Shown here piece by piece: positions 9,503-18,859 of a DNA stretch of 64,000 nt. Numbering within the stretch: position 1 is the stretch's first letter; the number at the start of each line of letters is the position of its first letter. Source of the stretch: Parabacteroides sp. (GTDB lineage Bacteria > Bacteroidota > Bacteroidia > Bacteroidales > Tannerellaceae); the NCBI GenBank assembly GCA_017937385.1, contig JAGBDR010000009.1, positions 107,721 to 171,720 of the forward strand. Reading direction: 5' to 3'. The translations under genes were made by a program, and so were the position numbers. The notes beneath the pieces were generated by a model. That model was not told where the DNA came from, ran no database searches, and saw only the letters and a list, made by a program, of their open reading frames with translations.

Positions 9503-12385
9503 CTATTTCCCGCAAACATCCTTAAACGGGCAATATGCGCAAGCTTTGCCGTTCGGGGTTTGGACGAAGGGGATTTCCGGATCGAAGATTTCATCCAAGC
9601 AATTCCGCAGACCGTTTTCAAACTCCGTGCGATAGTCGGCAAAGTCCAGGACCTGTTCCGTCTTGAACCGGTCCGTACGACGGTAAACAGCGGGATCGAA
9701 AGAGGGAGAAAAGAGGGTACGCATGTAATAGATGCCTGGTTGGATGGCGGCTGCCCCATACATCCAGGCATACATAAAGACCTGCATGACCGCTTTGGAA
9801 CGATCCGTTTCTTCCTTGTCGAAAAGGGATTCGACAGAGGTGAACTGCGTCGTTCCGCTTCCACTCTTATAGTCGATGATGCGGACAATGCCACGCACTT
9901 CGTCTATACGGTCGATGAATCCTTTCAACTGGATCTCGCTCTTATCCGTCAGCGGGAAGAGGCACTTGATTTTCTTTTCTGACTCGATATAGCGAAAGGG
10001 CGTCAGCTTGGCATCCCGTTCCAAAACTTTCTCCACATATTTGCGGATCATCTCGCCGATCAGGAAGTTCTGCCCGGTGAGCGGACGAACGACATCTGTC
10101 TTGAAGAAAATTTCGGCAAAGGCACGGGCAACCGCACCCGTCAGTTGCGGTGTATCTTTGCGGATCGCCTTCAGCAGGTCGGCCGTCACCATCTTGCCGC
10201 AGAAAGGTTGGTACAGTTCTTCCATCACCTTGTGCAGGATGCTCCCGAAGACATTGCTCTCGATCGTCTCGCTGACCTCCTCCTCTTCCCGTATCCCTTC
10301 GACCACGGAGAAATAGAATTTAAGCGGACAATCCAGATACGTATTGACCGCACTTGCCGATATTGCCCGCTCCCCGCCACGGCGGAAAGCCGCCAGACGG
10401 CTCATGACCTCCTCCGTCTTGGCCACCTGCAAAGCGGGTATCCTGGAAGAAGAGACGTTATAGACGACCAGCTTGTTCTGTATCGGTTCCTCATAATGAT
10501 AATGCAGTTGGTGCACAAAACGGCTGACCTCGCCTGTCTGCAACCCGTTGCTCCGGGTATCATAAAGCAGGCTGACATGGCTGGCACGATAAATCAACCG
10601 GTAGAAATGGTATGCCCAAACACTGTCCTGGTGCTCATAGGTCGGCAAACCGAAGCCTCGGCGAAGGTTATAAGGGATGAAAGAATTGGCCGCTTTCCTC
10701 AGCGGGAAGATCCCTTCATTCATCGAAAGGATGATCAAGCGGTCAAAGTCGAGCGCACGTGTCTCCAGAACCCCCATGATCTGCAAACCGGAAAGCGGTT
10801 CGCCGTGAAAAGGGATCGTAATCGTGTCTGTCACCCGTTTCAGCAACCGGAAATAGGTGTCGATTTTCATTTCTACATTCGCCTCCCGCATGACCTCCTT
10901 CATTCGGTTGACAGTGGCGAAATAGTGGAAGATAAACTCCTGTTCAATATCATTAATTGACAATTGACTATTGACTATTGACAATTCTTGGTCGTCCTTC
11001 TCCTTGTCAATTGCCCTATTGAGCTCCTGCAACACGTTGATCAAGTAATCGGAAAACGTTTCCACCGCAGTTACCGGAGTAAAGAGGATGGACAACAAAG
11101 GGGTCCGGTTCAGATCGTCATAAGATATGTAGATCTTGTTGTTTTCCGTAATGTCTTTTACCAGGCCGGCGACCACCTCCGGCGCGGTAGTCGAGATATA
11201 CCGGTGGTTCAAGATCGGCAAGACGTCCCGGAAATAGAACACCGGCTGCCGGTCCACATACCGGATATTTTTCTGCAAAGCCAGAATATACTCCATCAGA
11301 GAGGCGACCGGCGTACCGGCCAACGGGTATCCCATCGTCACGTTGATCCGCCGGATCTGTTCGGGGATGGCATTCAGGACCGGAATCAGCAAATGCTCGT
11401 CCGGCAGAATCACGGCCGTCCGCAATGCCTCTTCCGCGCTCATTTCATCTTCCTTGCAAAGCTCGCTCAAGATACGGTGCACTTGCTTGGCTTGACCGAT
11501 TCCGGAAGGGATGCCGATGACTTCAATGGACAATTGAGAATTGTCAATTGTCCATTGTCCATTGTCAATTGTCAATTGAGAGGGGAATTGCCGCAAATTG
11601 CGTTCCACAAAATAGGAGGCTTTGTTGTCCGGGTCCGTCACTTTCGGCGAGGCATAGTCCCAATAGAAATCGGCGATCTCCCGCCTTTGCAACTCAGAGA
11701 GGAAACGTTCCTCCGCCACAGAAAGGGCATTCAAACCAACAAACACAATTTTCACATAAGGAAGGTCACAACATTCGTTTTTCTCCATCTGCTCGACCAC
11801 TTCCTGGAAAATCATGCCCTCATATCCCTTGCCCTCGGCAGCAAGCGCCTCCCGCAAATCGATATACAAGGCGTATAAGATCTGCCAGACCGCCAAAAAC
11901 TGTTCCTGGTTTGGTGTATCTCCTTTCGGATAGAAAGAAGACCAGAAAGTCCGGATCGCCGCAATCTGTTCGGGACTCAGAAAATTGAAATCATTCTCAA
12001 TCTCACGCAGATCCGTCACGTTGGTGAAAAGCATACGGGCGTCAACCATATACTTGTCGATATCGTCGAAGTCATTCAACAGCATTTCACCCCAATAAAG
12101 GAACTCGTCGAACGTTTCGGATGAACCGCTACGGCGCAGATAAATATCATACAATTTGAACAACATACTGATCCGGTCCGCTGTCTGCTTCCCGCTCAAT
12201 TGTACAAACAAATCATTGATCGTCAGGATTGTCGGAGAGAAAAGCGGCTTCTCCGACACTTCCGACAGATATTTCTGGAAGAACAGCCCCGTACGGCGGT
12301 TCGGAAAGACAAAAGCCAACCGGCTGATTTCCGCCCCATATTTAGCATAAAAAAGGGAGGCAACCTGATATAAGAATGGTTTCAC
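9503..12385 (-). CDS. AddB/RexB-like PD-(D/E)XK nuclease with inactive helicase scaffold and Fe-S cysteines
   Basis: FVFPNRR, GLQIMGVLETR, SASAVNTYLDCPLKFY, GFIDRID...IIDYKSG, CAYCPFKDVC. Confidence 0.85.
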   Translation of the reverse strand: MKPFLYQVASLFYAKYGAEISRLAFVFPNRRTGLFFQKYLSEVSEKPLFSPTILTINDLFVQLSGKQTADRISMLFKLYDIYLRRSGSSETFDEFLYWGEMLLNDFDDIDKYMVDARMLFTNVTDLREIENDFNFLSPEQIAAIRTFWSSFYPKGDTPNQEQFLAVWQILYALYIDLREALAAEGKGYEGMIFQEVVEQMEKNECCDLPYVKIVFVGLNALSVAEERFLSELQRREIADFYWDYASPKVTDPDNKASYFVERNLRQFPSQLTIDNGQWTIDNSQLSIEVIGIPSGIGQAKQVHRILSELCKEDEMSAEEALRTAVILPDEHLLIPVLNAIPEQIRRINVTMGYPLAGTPVASLMEYILALQKNIRYVDRQPVFYFRDVLPILNHRYISTTAPEVVAGLVKDITENNKIYISYDDLNRTPLLSILFTPVTAVETFSDYLINVLQELNRAIDKEKDDQELSIVNSQLSINDIEQEFIFHYFATVNRMKEVMREANVEMKIDTYFRLLKRVTDTITIPFHGEPLSGLQIMGVLETRALDFDRLIILSMNEGIFPLRKAANSFIPYNLRRGFGLPTYEHQDSVWAYHFYRLIYRASHVSLLYDTRSNGLQTGEVSRFVHQLHYHYEEPIQNKLVVYNVSSSRIPALQVAKTEEVMSRLAAFRRGGERAISASAVNTYLDCPLKFYFSVVEGIREEEEVSETIESNVFGSILHKVMEELYQPFCGKMVTADLLKAIRKDTPQLTGAVARAFAEIFFKTDVVRPLTGQNFLIGEMIRKYVEKVLERDAKLTPFRYIESEKKIKCLFPLTDKSEIQLKGFIDRIDEVRGIVRIIDYKSGSGTTQFTSVESLFDKEETDRSKAVMQVFMYAWMYGAAAIQPGIYYMRTLFSPSFDPAVYRRTDRFKTEQVLDFADYRTEFENGLRNCLDEIFDPEIPFVQTPNGKACAYCPFKDVCGK
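10955..10986. repeat. Intragenic 7-bp tandem repeat (AATTGAC/TATTGAC), in frame in the AddB-like gene
   Basis: AATTGAC AATTGAC TATTGAC TATTGAC AATT; encodes LSIVNSQLSIN. Confidence 0.85.
11525..11580. repeat. Intragenic 7-bp tandem repeat (8 units, AATTGTC type), in frame in the AddB-like gene
   Basis: AATGGAC AATTGAG AATTGTC AATTGTC CATTGTC CATTGTC AATTGTC AATTGAG; encodes SQLTIDNGQWTIDNSQLSI. Confidence 0.9.
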
Positions 12386-12409
12386 TGTATCTTCTCTATT
12401 TTTAATTCT

Positions 12410-13420
12410 TTAACTCCTCAATTCGCTAACACCCAACACCTCCTCGATCGCCAGCAACTCCTCCTCTGAAAAGCCCGTAACCTGCAGTGCCTTCAAATTA
12501 TCCATCAACTGTGCGACCGAGCTGGCCCCAACCAAGACACTCGTTACCCGGTCGTCTTTCAACAACCAAGCCAGTGCCATCTCCGCAAGTGTCTGACCGC
12601 GTTGTTTGGCCAGTTCATTCAGCTGGCGGATTTTATGGATCTTTTCCTCCGTCACCTGTTCGCGTTGCAGATGCCCCGTCGATTTGGCGGCACGCGAATT
12701 TTCGGGGATGCCGTTCAGATATTTGTCCGTCAACAGACCCTGCGCCAACGGCGAAAAAGCGATCATACCCACTCCTTCCTGTTCCAACAAAGGCAACAGC
12801 TCCGGTTCGGTCCAGCGATCCAGCATGGAATATCGTGCCTGATGAATCAAACAAGGTACCCGGTGTTCCCTCAAGACGGCGAGTGCCTTTTCGGTCTGTT
12901 CGGCGTTATAATTTGAGATTCCGACATACAAGGCTTTCCCCTGCCGGATAATATCGGCCAACGCCCCCATCGTTTCCTCGACCGGTGTCAGCGGGTCCGG
13001 ACGATGCGAATAGAAAATGTCCACATATTCCAGCCCCATCCGTTTCAAGCTCTGGTCCAGGCTTGCCATCAGATATTTGCGGCTTCCCCAGTTGCCGTAC
13101 GGACCGGGCCACATATCATATCCGGCTTTTGTAGAAATAACAAGCTCGTCCCGGTAACGACCCAATCCTTTCTTCAGGATACGGCCAAAATTCTCCTCCG
13201 CCGATCCGTATACAGGACCATAATTGTTGGCAAGGTCAAAATGGGTAATCCCATTGTCGAAAGCAGTATAGGCAATCTGAATAAAATGGTTGAACACATC
13301 CACACTGCCAAAATTGTGCCACAGCCCTAAAGAGATAGCCGGCAGCAGCAATCCGCTCCGTCCGCAACGCCTGTAAACCATATCGGCATACCGGTTATCA
13401 TTTGCTTTGTATATTTCCAT
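12410..13420 (-). CDS. mgrA: Aldo-keto reductase, L-glyceraldehyde-3-phosphate reductase (YghZ/MgrA type)
   Basis: SLGLWHNFG, FDLANNYGP, GSAEENFG, ISTKAGY, DIFYSHRPD, SPLAQGLLT. Confidence 0.88.
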   Translation of the reverse strand: MEIYKANDNRYADMVYRRCGRSGLLLPAISLGLWHNFGSVDVFNHFIQIAYTAFDNGITHFDLANNYGPVYGSAEENFGRILKKGLGRYRDELVISTKAGYDMWPGPYGNWGSRKYLMASLDQSLKRMGLEYVDIFYSHRPDPLTPVEETMGALADIIRQGKALYVGISNYNAEQTEKALAVLREHRVPCLIHQARYSMLDRWTEPELLPLLEQEGVGMIAFSPLAQGLLTDKYLNGIPENSRAAKSTGHLQREQVTEEKIHKIRQLNELAKQRGQTLAEMALAWLLKDDRVTSVLVGASSVAQLMDNLKALQVTGFSEEELLAIEEVLGVSELRS

Positions 13421-13456
13421 ATTCTGATATTTTTAGACAAAAGTAAGGAAAGGCTG

Positions 13457-13522
13457 ACAAAAGTACAAAAGAACAAAAGGACAAAATAGGCTTCTTATGT
13501 TCTTTTGTTTTTATGTCCTTTT
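13457..13522. repeat. Hairpin of 8-bp tandem units (ACAAAAGN / reverse complement)
   Basis: ACAAAAGT ACAAAAGA ACAAAAGG ACAAAATA, then TATGTTCT TTTGTTTT TATGTCCT TTT. Confidence 0.65.
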
Positions 13523-13536
13523 ATCAAAAAATATCC

Positions 13537-13590
13537 GATGCCCATGTATTCTCCATTCCATGCCCATGCATTTCCAATTGCATGGGACAC
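13537..13590. repeat. 22-bp-period CATGCCCATG array
   Basis: GATGCCCATG at 13537, CATGCCCATG at 13559, degenerate CATGGGACAC at 13581. Confidence 0.7.
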
Positions 13591-13662
13591 CAAACCTTGC
13601 AGCCAAACAGGAAAGATAGGAAAGCAAACAGAATATTCTAAAAACAAACGATCCGAATAAAA

Positions 13663-13735
13663 CAAAAAAAGGCTATCCGTCACGGACAGCCAATCTTCAT
13701 TGTTAACCTTAAATCTAATACCATGAAAAACACAG
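13663..13735 (-). ncRNA. Candidate ~70-nt small RNA with own promoter and intrinsic terminator
   Basis: Minus-strand TATATTTG -7 box (13738-13745), then GTGTTTTTCATGGTATTAGATTTAAGGTTAACAATGAAGATT, then GGCTGTCCGTGACGGATAGCC-T7; resembles a multicopy Bacteroidales intergenic motif from memory. Confidence 0.65.
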
Positions 13736-14064
13736 TGCAAATATAGAGCTTTTATGTTATACAGCATACAGTTTTATTTGGAAATCTCACTTGTTTAAAT
13801 CTATTTAACTAAAACATGCTATAAAACATAACTAATCAGCATTAGCTACTACGAATGGAAACCAATTTCGATCCATCTCCTGATTCAGCAGAAAAGAAAT
13901 ACAAAGACAAAATCATCTTTCATTCTGATGTATTATACAAATAATATTATTCATATTATCACAATAATAAGCCATATACTTTCAAATAGAAACATACACA
14001 ACCTTAAAACAAAAAAGCTCCATTCTATTCGCCGGACCAGTATTACATTTTGAAACTTATATAA

Positions 14065-14072
14065 TATATTTG
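14065..14072 (+). promoter_or_regulatory. -7 box of gltBD promoter
   Basis: TATATTTG 53 nt upstream of the gltB ATG. Confidence 0.6.
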
Positions 14073-14125
14073 CCGAACATTTTGACAACTGAATAAATAT
14101 TACACAAACATAAAGTCAACAAACA

Positions 14126-17100
14126 ATGAAAGAAAGAAGACTTTTGAACAACAAACAAGGATTATACGATCCCGCCAACGAGCATGACGCTTGCGGCGTA
14201 GGGCTGGTCGTAAATATCCACGGCGGTAAATCGCACGACATTGTAGAGTCTGCCCTTAAGGTATTGGAAAACATGCGGCACCGAGGTGCGGAAGGGGCAG
14301 ACAATAAGACCGGCGACGGCGCAGGTATCCTACTGCAAATCCCACACGAATTCATCTTATTGCAAGGCATACCTGTACCGGAAAAGGGTAAATATGGAAC
14401 CGGACTGGTCTTCTTTCCCAAAGACGAGGGACAACGCTCGGCCATCCTCAGCATCATGATCGAAGAGATCGAAAAAGAAGGACTGACCTTGATGCACCTG
14501 CGCAAAGTGCCTGTCAACACAGACATCTTAGGAAAAGACGCACAAGACACGGAGCCGGAAATCAAACAGGTGTTCATCACCGGATGTGACGACCAACAGG
14601 CGTTGGAATTGAAACTCTACATCATCCGCAAACGGATCGAGAAACGGATGGCGGCCTCCGACCTGCCGGACAAGAAAGCGTTCTATGTGGTGTCGCTTTC
14701 CACCAAAAGCATTATATATAAAGGTATGCTGGAGTCCATGCAGCTTCGCCACTACTTCCCCGACCTGACGAATCACTATCTGACAAGCGGGTTGGCACTC
14801 GTCCACTCCCGTTTCAGCACGAACACCTTCCCGACCTGGAGCTTGGCACAACCCTTCCGGCTTTTGGCACACAACGGGGAGATCAACACGATACGAGGCA
14901 ACCGGGGATGGATGGAAGCACGCGAAAGCGTCCTCTCCTCTCCCCGCATCCCGAACATAGAAGAAATACGCCCGATCATCCAGCCGGGTATGAGCGACAG
15001 CGCTTCGCTGGACAACGTGCTGGAGTTCTTCGTGGCGTCCGGCATGAGCCTGCCCCACGCAATGGCGATGCTGGTTCCGGAAAGTTTCAACGAGAAGAAC
15101 CCGATATCGGAAGACTTGAAAGCGTTCTACGAATACCACTCCATCCTCATGGAACCTTGGGACGGTCCGGCCGCCCTGCTCTTCAGCGACGGACGGTATG
15201 CCGGTGGGATGCTGGACCGCAACGGCCTGCGCCCGGCACGTTACCTGATCACGAAAAACGGCATGATGGTCGTAGCTTCCGAAGTGGGCGTGATGGACTT
15301 CGAGCCGGGCGAGATAGAGGAAAAGGGACGCCTGCAACCGGGCAAGATCTTGCTGGTCGATACGGAAGAGGGCAAGATCTATTACGACGGCGAGCTGAAA
15401 AAGCAACTGGCCGACGCACAGCCTTACCGCGTCTGGCTGGCCAACAACCGAGTGGAACTGGACGAGTTGAAATCGGGACGCCGTGTCCCGCATACCGTCA
15501 CCGGATATGACAAGAGGCTGCGTGCTTTCGGATACAGCCGGGAGGATATCGAACGCATCATCACCCCGATGTGCACAGGCAGCGCCGAACCGGTCGGTTC
15601 GATGGGAAACGACACGCCAGTGGCCATCCTATCCGAACGCCCGCAACTGTTGTTCAACTATTTCCGCCAACAGTTCGCCCAAGTGACGAACCCGCCGATC
15701 GACCCGCTCCGTGAAGAGCTGGTCATGAGCCTGACGGAATATATCGGTGCCGTAGGGAGCAATATCCTCACCCCGAACGAGGCCCATTGCAAGATGGTGC
15801 GCCTCGCCCATCCGATACTGACCAACACGCAATTGGATATTCTTTGCCATATCCGCTACAAAGGTTTCAAGTCTGTCAAACTGCCGATGCTCTTCGAAGC
15901 CGCGCGAGGCAGCGAAGGGTTGAAAGCCGCCCTCGACCGGCTTTGCAAACAGGCGGAACAATCGGTCGCAGATGGCGTAAACTACATCATCCTGAGCGAC
16001 AAGGAGGTAGACGAAACGCATGCTCCTATCCCTTCACTCCTTGCCGTCAGTGCCGTACACCATCATCTGATCTCCGTCCAGAAACGGGTACAAACCGCAT
16101 TGATCGTAGAGACTGGCGAAATGCGCGAAGTCATGCACGCCGCCCTGCTCTTAGGCTACGGGGCAAGCGCCATCAACCCGTATATGTCGTTCGCCATCCT
16201 CCAGGAGTTGGTGGACAAACAGGAGATACAGCTCAACTACGAGATGGCACGCAAGAATTATATCAAAGCGCTTTGCAAAGGCCTACTCAAGGTGATGAGC
16301 AAAATGGGAATCAGTACGATCCGCAGCTACCGGGGCGCCAAACTGTTCGAGGCCGTCGGCCTTTCGCCCGCACTCACCGATGCCTACTTCGGAGGAACCA
16401 CCAGCAGCGTAGGCGGCATCCGGCTACAAGAAATAGCCGCCGATGCCATCACCCTGCACCATCAGGCTTTCCATGAAACGGTAGACAGCCTGACGCTGGA
16501 ACACAAAGGGCTCTACAGCTTCCGCAAAGACGGCGAGAAACATGCCTGGAACCCGGAAACGATCTCGACCCTCCAACTGGCCACCCGCTTGGGCAGCTAT
16601 AAGAAGTTCAAGGAATACACCCGCCTCGTAGATGAAAAGGACAGACCGATCTTCCTCCGGGACTTCCTGACTTTCCGGACGGGGAAACCGGTCCCGGTCG
16701 AAGAAGTGGAACCGGCCGTCAAAATCATGAAGCGCTTCGTCACGGGAGCCATGAGCTTCGGTTCGATCAGCAAGGAGGCACACGAAACAATCGCCATGGC
16801 GATGAACAAGATACACGGACGCAGCAACACCGGGGAAGGAGGCGAAGACTCCGCCCGTTTCACGCCCCGCGAAGACGGCCTCTCCCTCCGTTCCGCCATC
16901 AAGCAGGTGGCGTCCGGGCGCTTCGGCGTGACGGCTGAATATTTGGTGAACGCGGACGAAATCCAAATCAAGGTCGCCCAAGGGGCCAAGCCGGGCGAAG
17001 GCGGACAGTTGCCGGGATTCAAGGTGAACGACGTGATTGCCCGGACCCGCCACTCCATCCCGGGCATCTCGCTCATCTCCCCGCCGCCTCACCATGACAT

Positions 17101-18649
17101 TTACTCGATCGAAGACTTGGCACAACTGATTTTCGACCTGAAGCATGTCAACCCGCAAGCCGAGATCAGTGTAAAATTGGTATCGGAAAGCGGTGTCGGG
17201 ACGATCGCCGCAGGTGTGGCCAAGGCAAAGGCCGACCGCATTGTCATCTCGGGAGCCGAAGGAGGGACGGGAGCTTCGCCGATAAGCTCCATCCGCTATG
17301 CCGGACTCCCGCCCGAATTAGGATTGTCGGAAACGCAACAGACATTAGTCATGAACAACCTGCGCGGACAGGTCCGCCTGCAAACCGACGGGCAGTTGAA
17401 GACCGGGCGCGACATCGTCCTGATGGCGCTGTTGGGAGCCGAAGAGTTCGGTTTCGCCACCTCCGCCCTGATTGTCTTAGGCTGCGTCATGATGCGCAAA
17501 TGCCACCAGAACACCTGCCCGGTAGGGGTTGCCACCCAAAACGAAGAACTGCGCAAGCGGTTCCACGGCCGCCACGAATACTTGGTGAACTTCTTCACCT
17601 TCCTTGCAGAAGAGGTTCGGGAATATCTGGCGGAGATGGGCTTCCGGCGGTTGGATGACATCATCGGGCGGACTGATCTGATCGCCCGGCGTTCTGAAGC
17701 ATCCCTGGCAGCCGGCAAATACGCGCTGCTCGATTTCACCCGGTTGCTGCACACTCCGGCACAAACCGTCCCCCATGCAGTCCGCCATACGACAGGGCAG
17801 GTACATCCGACCGGCCCGGTAAAAGACCTCGATATCATCCGGCACGCCTTGCCCGCCATCGAACACCAACAGGAAGTTTCGTTGGACTATGCCATCGCCA
17901 ACACCGACCGTTCGGTGGGCGCCATGCTCTCCGGCGAGATTGCCAAACGATACGGCAACGCCGGGCTGCCGGAACACACGCTTCATATCAAGTTCAAAGG
18001 ATCGGCCGGACAGAGCTTCGGCGCCTTCTTAGCACATGGTGTTGACTTCCGCTTGGAAGGGGAAGCCAACGACTATTTAGGCAAAGGCCTGAGCGGCGGA
18101 CGCATCAGCGTACTACCACCGGTACGCTCGACCTTCGTAGCCGAAAACAACACGATCGCCGGAAACACCTTGATGTATGGGGCGACAAGCGGTGAAGTGT
18201 ATATCAACGGACGTGTAGGCGAACGTTTCTGCGTACGCAACTCCGGTGCCATTGCCGTCGTGGAAGGAGTCGGCGACCATTGTTGCGAATATATGACCGG
18301 AGGCCGTGTGGTGGTCCTCGGACGTACCGGCCGCAACTTCGCCGCCGGCATGAGCGGAGGGGTCGCCTACGTGTGGAACAAGGAGGGGGATTTCGACTAC
18401 TACTGCAACATGGAGATGGTCGAACTCTCGCTGATCGAAGACAGCACGACACGCAAGGAGCTGCACGAGCTGATCCGCAAGCATTACCACTTCACCGGCA
18501 GCCACCTCGCAGGCCAAATGCTCGACAACTGGGACAAGTATGTGGATGAGTTCATCCAGATCGTCCCGATCGAATACAAAAAGGTCCTGCAGGAAGAGCA
18601 AATGAAGAAGTTACAGCAAAAGATCGAAGAGATGCAGCGCGACTACTAA
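14126..18649 (+). CDS. gltB: Glutamate synthase large subunit
   Basis: EHDACGVG N-terminal Ntn motif, HSRFSTNT, AHNGEINT, EPWDGPA, QGAKPGEGGQLPG, CHQNTCPVGVATQ. Confidence 0.98.
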   Translation: MKERRLLNNKQGLYDPANEHDACGVGLVVNIHGGKSHDIVESALKVLENMRHRGAEGADNKTGDGAGILLQIPHEFILLQGIPVPEKGKYGTGLVFFPKDEGQRSAILSIMIEEIEKEGLTLMHLRKVPVNTDILGKDAQDTEPEIKQVFITGCDDQQALELKLYIIRKRIEKRMAASDLPDKKAFYVVSLSTKSIIYKGMLESMQLRHYFPDLTNHYLTSGLALVHSRFSTNTFPTWSLAQPFRLLAHNGEINTIRGNRGWMEARESVLSSPRIPNIEEIRPIIQPGMSDSASLDNVLEFFVASGMSLPHAMAMLVPESFNEKNPISEDLKAFYEYHSILMEPWDGPAALLFSDGRYAGGMLDRNGLRPARYLITKNGMMVVASEVGVMDFEPGEIEEKGRLQPGKILLVDTEEGKIYYDGELKKQLADAQPYRVWLANNRVELDELKSGRRVPHTVTGYDKRLRAFGYSREDIERIITPMCTGSAEPVGSMGNDTPVAILSERPQLLFNYFRQQFAQVTNPPIDPLREELVMSLTEYIGAVGSNILTPNEAHCKMVRLAHPILTNTQLDILCHIRYKGFKSVKLPMLFEAARGSEGLKAALDRLCKQAEQSVADGVNYIILSDKEVDETHAPIPSLLAVSAVHHHLISVQKRVQTALIVETGEMREVMHAALLLGYGASAINPYMSFAILQELVDKQEIQLNYEMARKNYIKALCKGLLKVMSKMGISTIRSYRGAKLFEAVGLSPALTDAYFGGTTSSVGGIRLQEIAADAITLHHQAFHETVDSLTLEHKGLYSFRKDGEKHAWNPETISTLQLATRLGSYKKFKEYTRLVDEKDRPIFLRDFLTFRTGKPVPVEEVEPAVKIMKRFVTGAMSFGSISKEAHETIAMAMNKIHGRSNTGEGGEDSARFTPREDGLSLRSAIKQVASGRFGVTAEYLVNADEIQIKVAQGAKPGEGGQLPGFKVNDVIARTRHSIPGISLISPPPHHDIYSIEDLAQLIFDLKHVNPQAEISVKLVSESGVGTIAAGVAKAKADRIVISGAEGGTGASPISSIRYAGLPPELGLSETQQTLVMNNLRGQVRLQTDGQLKTGRDIVLMALLGAEEFGFATSALIVLGCVMMRKCHQNTCPVGVATQNEELRKRFHGRHEYLVNFFTFLAEEVREYLAEMGFRRLDDIIGRTDLIARRSEASLAAGKYALLDFTRLLHTPAQTVPHAVRHTTGQVHPTGPVKDLDIIRHALPAIEHQQEVSLDYAIANTDRSVGAMLSGEIAKRYGNAGLPEHTLHIKFKGSAGQSFGAFLAHGVDFRLEGEANDYLGKGLSGGRISVLPPVRSTFVAENNTIAGNTLMYGATSGEVYINGRVGERFCVRNSGAIAVVEGVGDHCCEYMTGGRVVVLGRTGRNFAAGMSGGVAYVWNKEGDFDYYCNMEMVELSLIEDSTTRKELHELIRKHYHFTGSHLAGQMLDNWDKYVDEFIQIVPIEYKKVLQEEQMKKLQQKIEEMQRDY

Positions 18650-18661
18650 GCCGCCTGCGGC

Positions 18662-18790
18662 GACATCCCGATGTCACCTGAAACGACATCCCGATGTGGC
18701 AGGCAGGGACATACCGATGTCGCAAGCAGGGACATCCCGATGTCGCAAGCAGGGACATACCGATGTCACAGGCAGGGACATACCGATGTC
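18662..18790. repeat. Six-copy 23-bp-period array of a 14-bp palindrome GACAT(A/C)CCGATGTC
   Basis: Cores at 18662, 18685, 18708, 18731, 18754, 18777 separated by 9-nt near-identical linkers. Confidence 0.95.
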
Positions 18791-18859
18791 GCCGGACCGC
18801 CGGCTGCGACTCCATATTTGAAACAGGATAAACAACAATCAATCAAAAGAATAAGACAA

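Noticed and set aside
13495-13767. 90-aa ORF MLYNIKALYLHCVFHGIRF...
   Set aside because: It reads through a promoter, a terminator and two repeat arrays; more likely a spurious translation of the sRNA-like unit
13770-14060. AT-rich intergenic stretch as a foreign insertion or RNA gene
   Set aside because: Consistent with an ordinary divergent promoter region; no structure or ORF that I can support
18662-18790. CRISPR array
   Set aside because: Repeats are 14 bp and linkers 9 bp and near-identical; no cas genes or leader in the window
18671-18859. 63-aa N-terminal extension of GltD
   Set aside because: Translation of the 23-bp array; the conserved start MGNPK is at 18860
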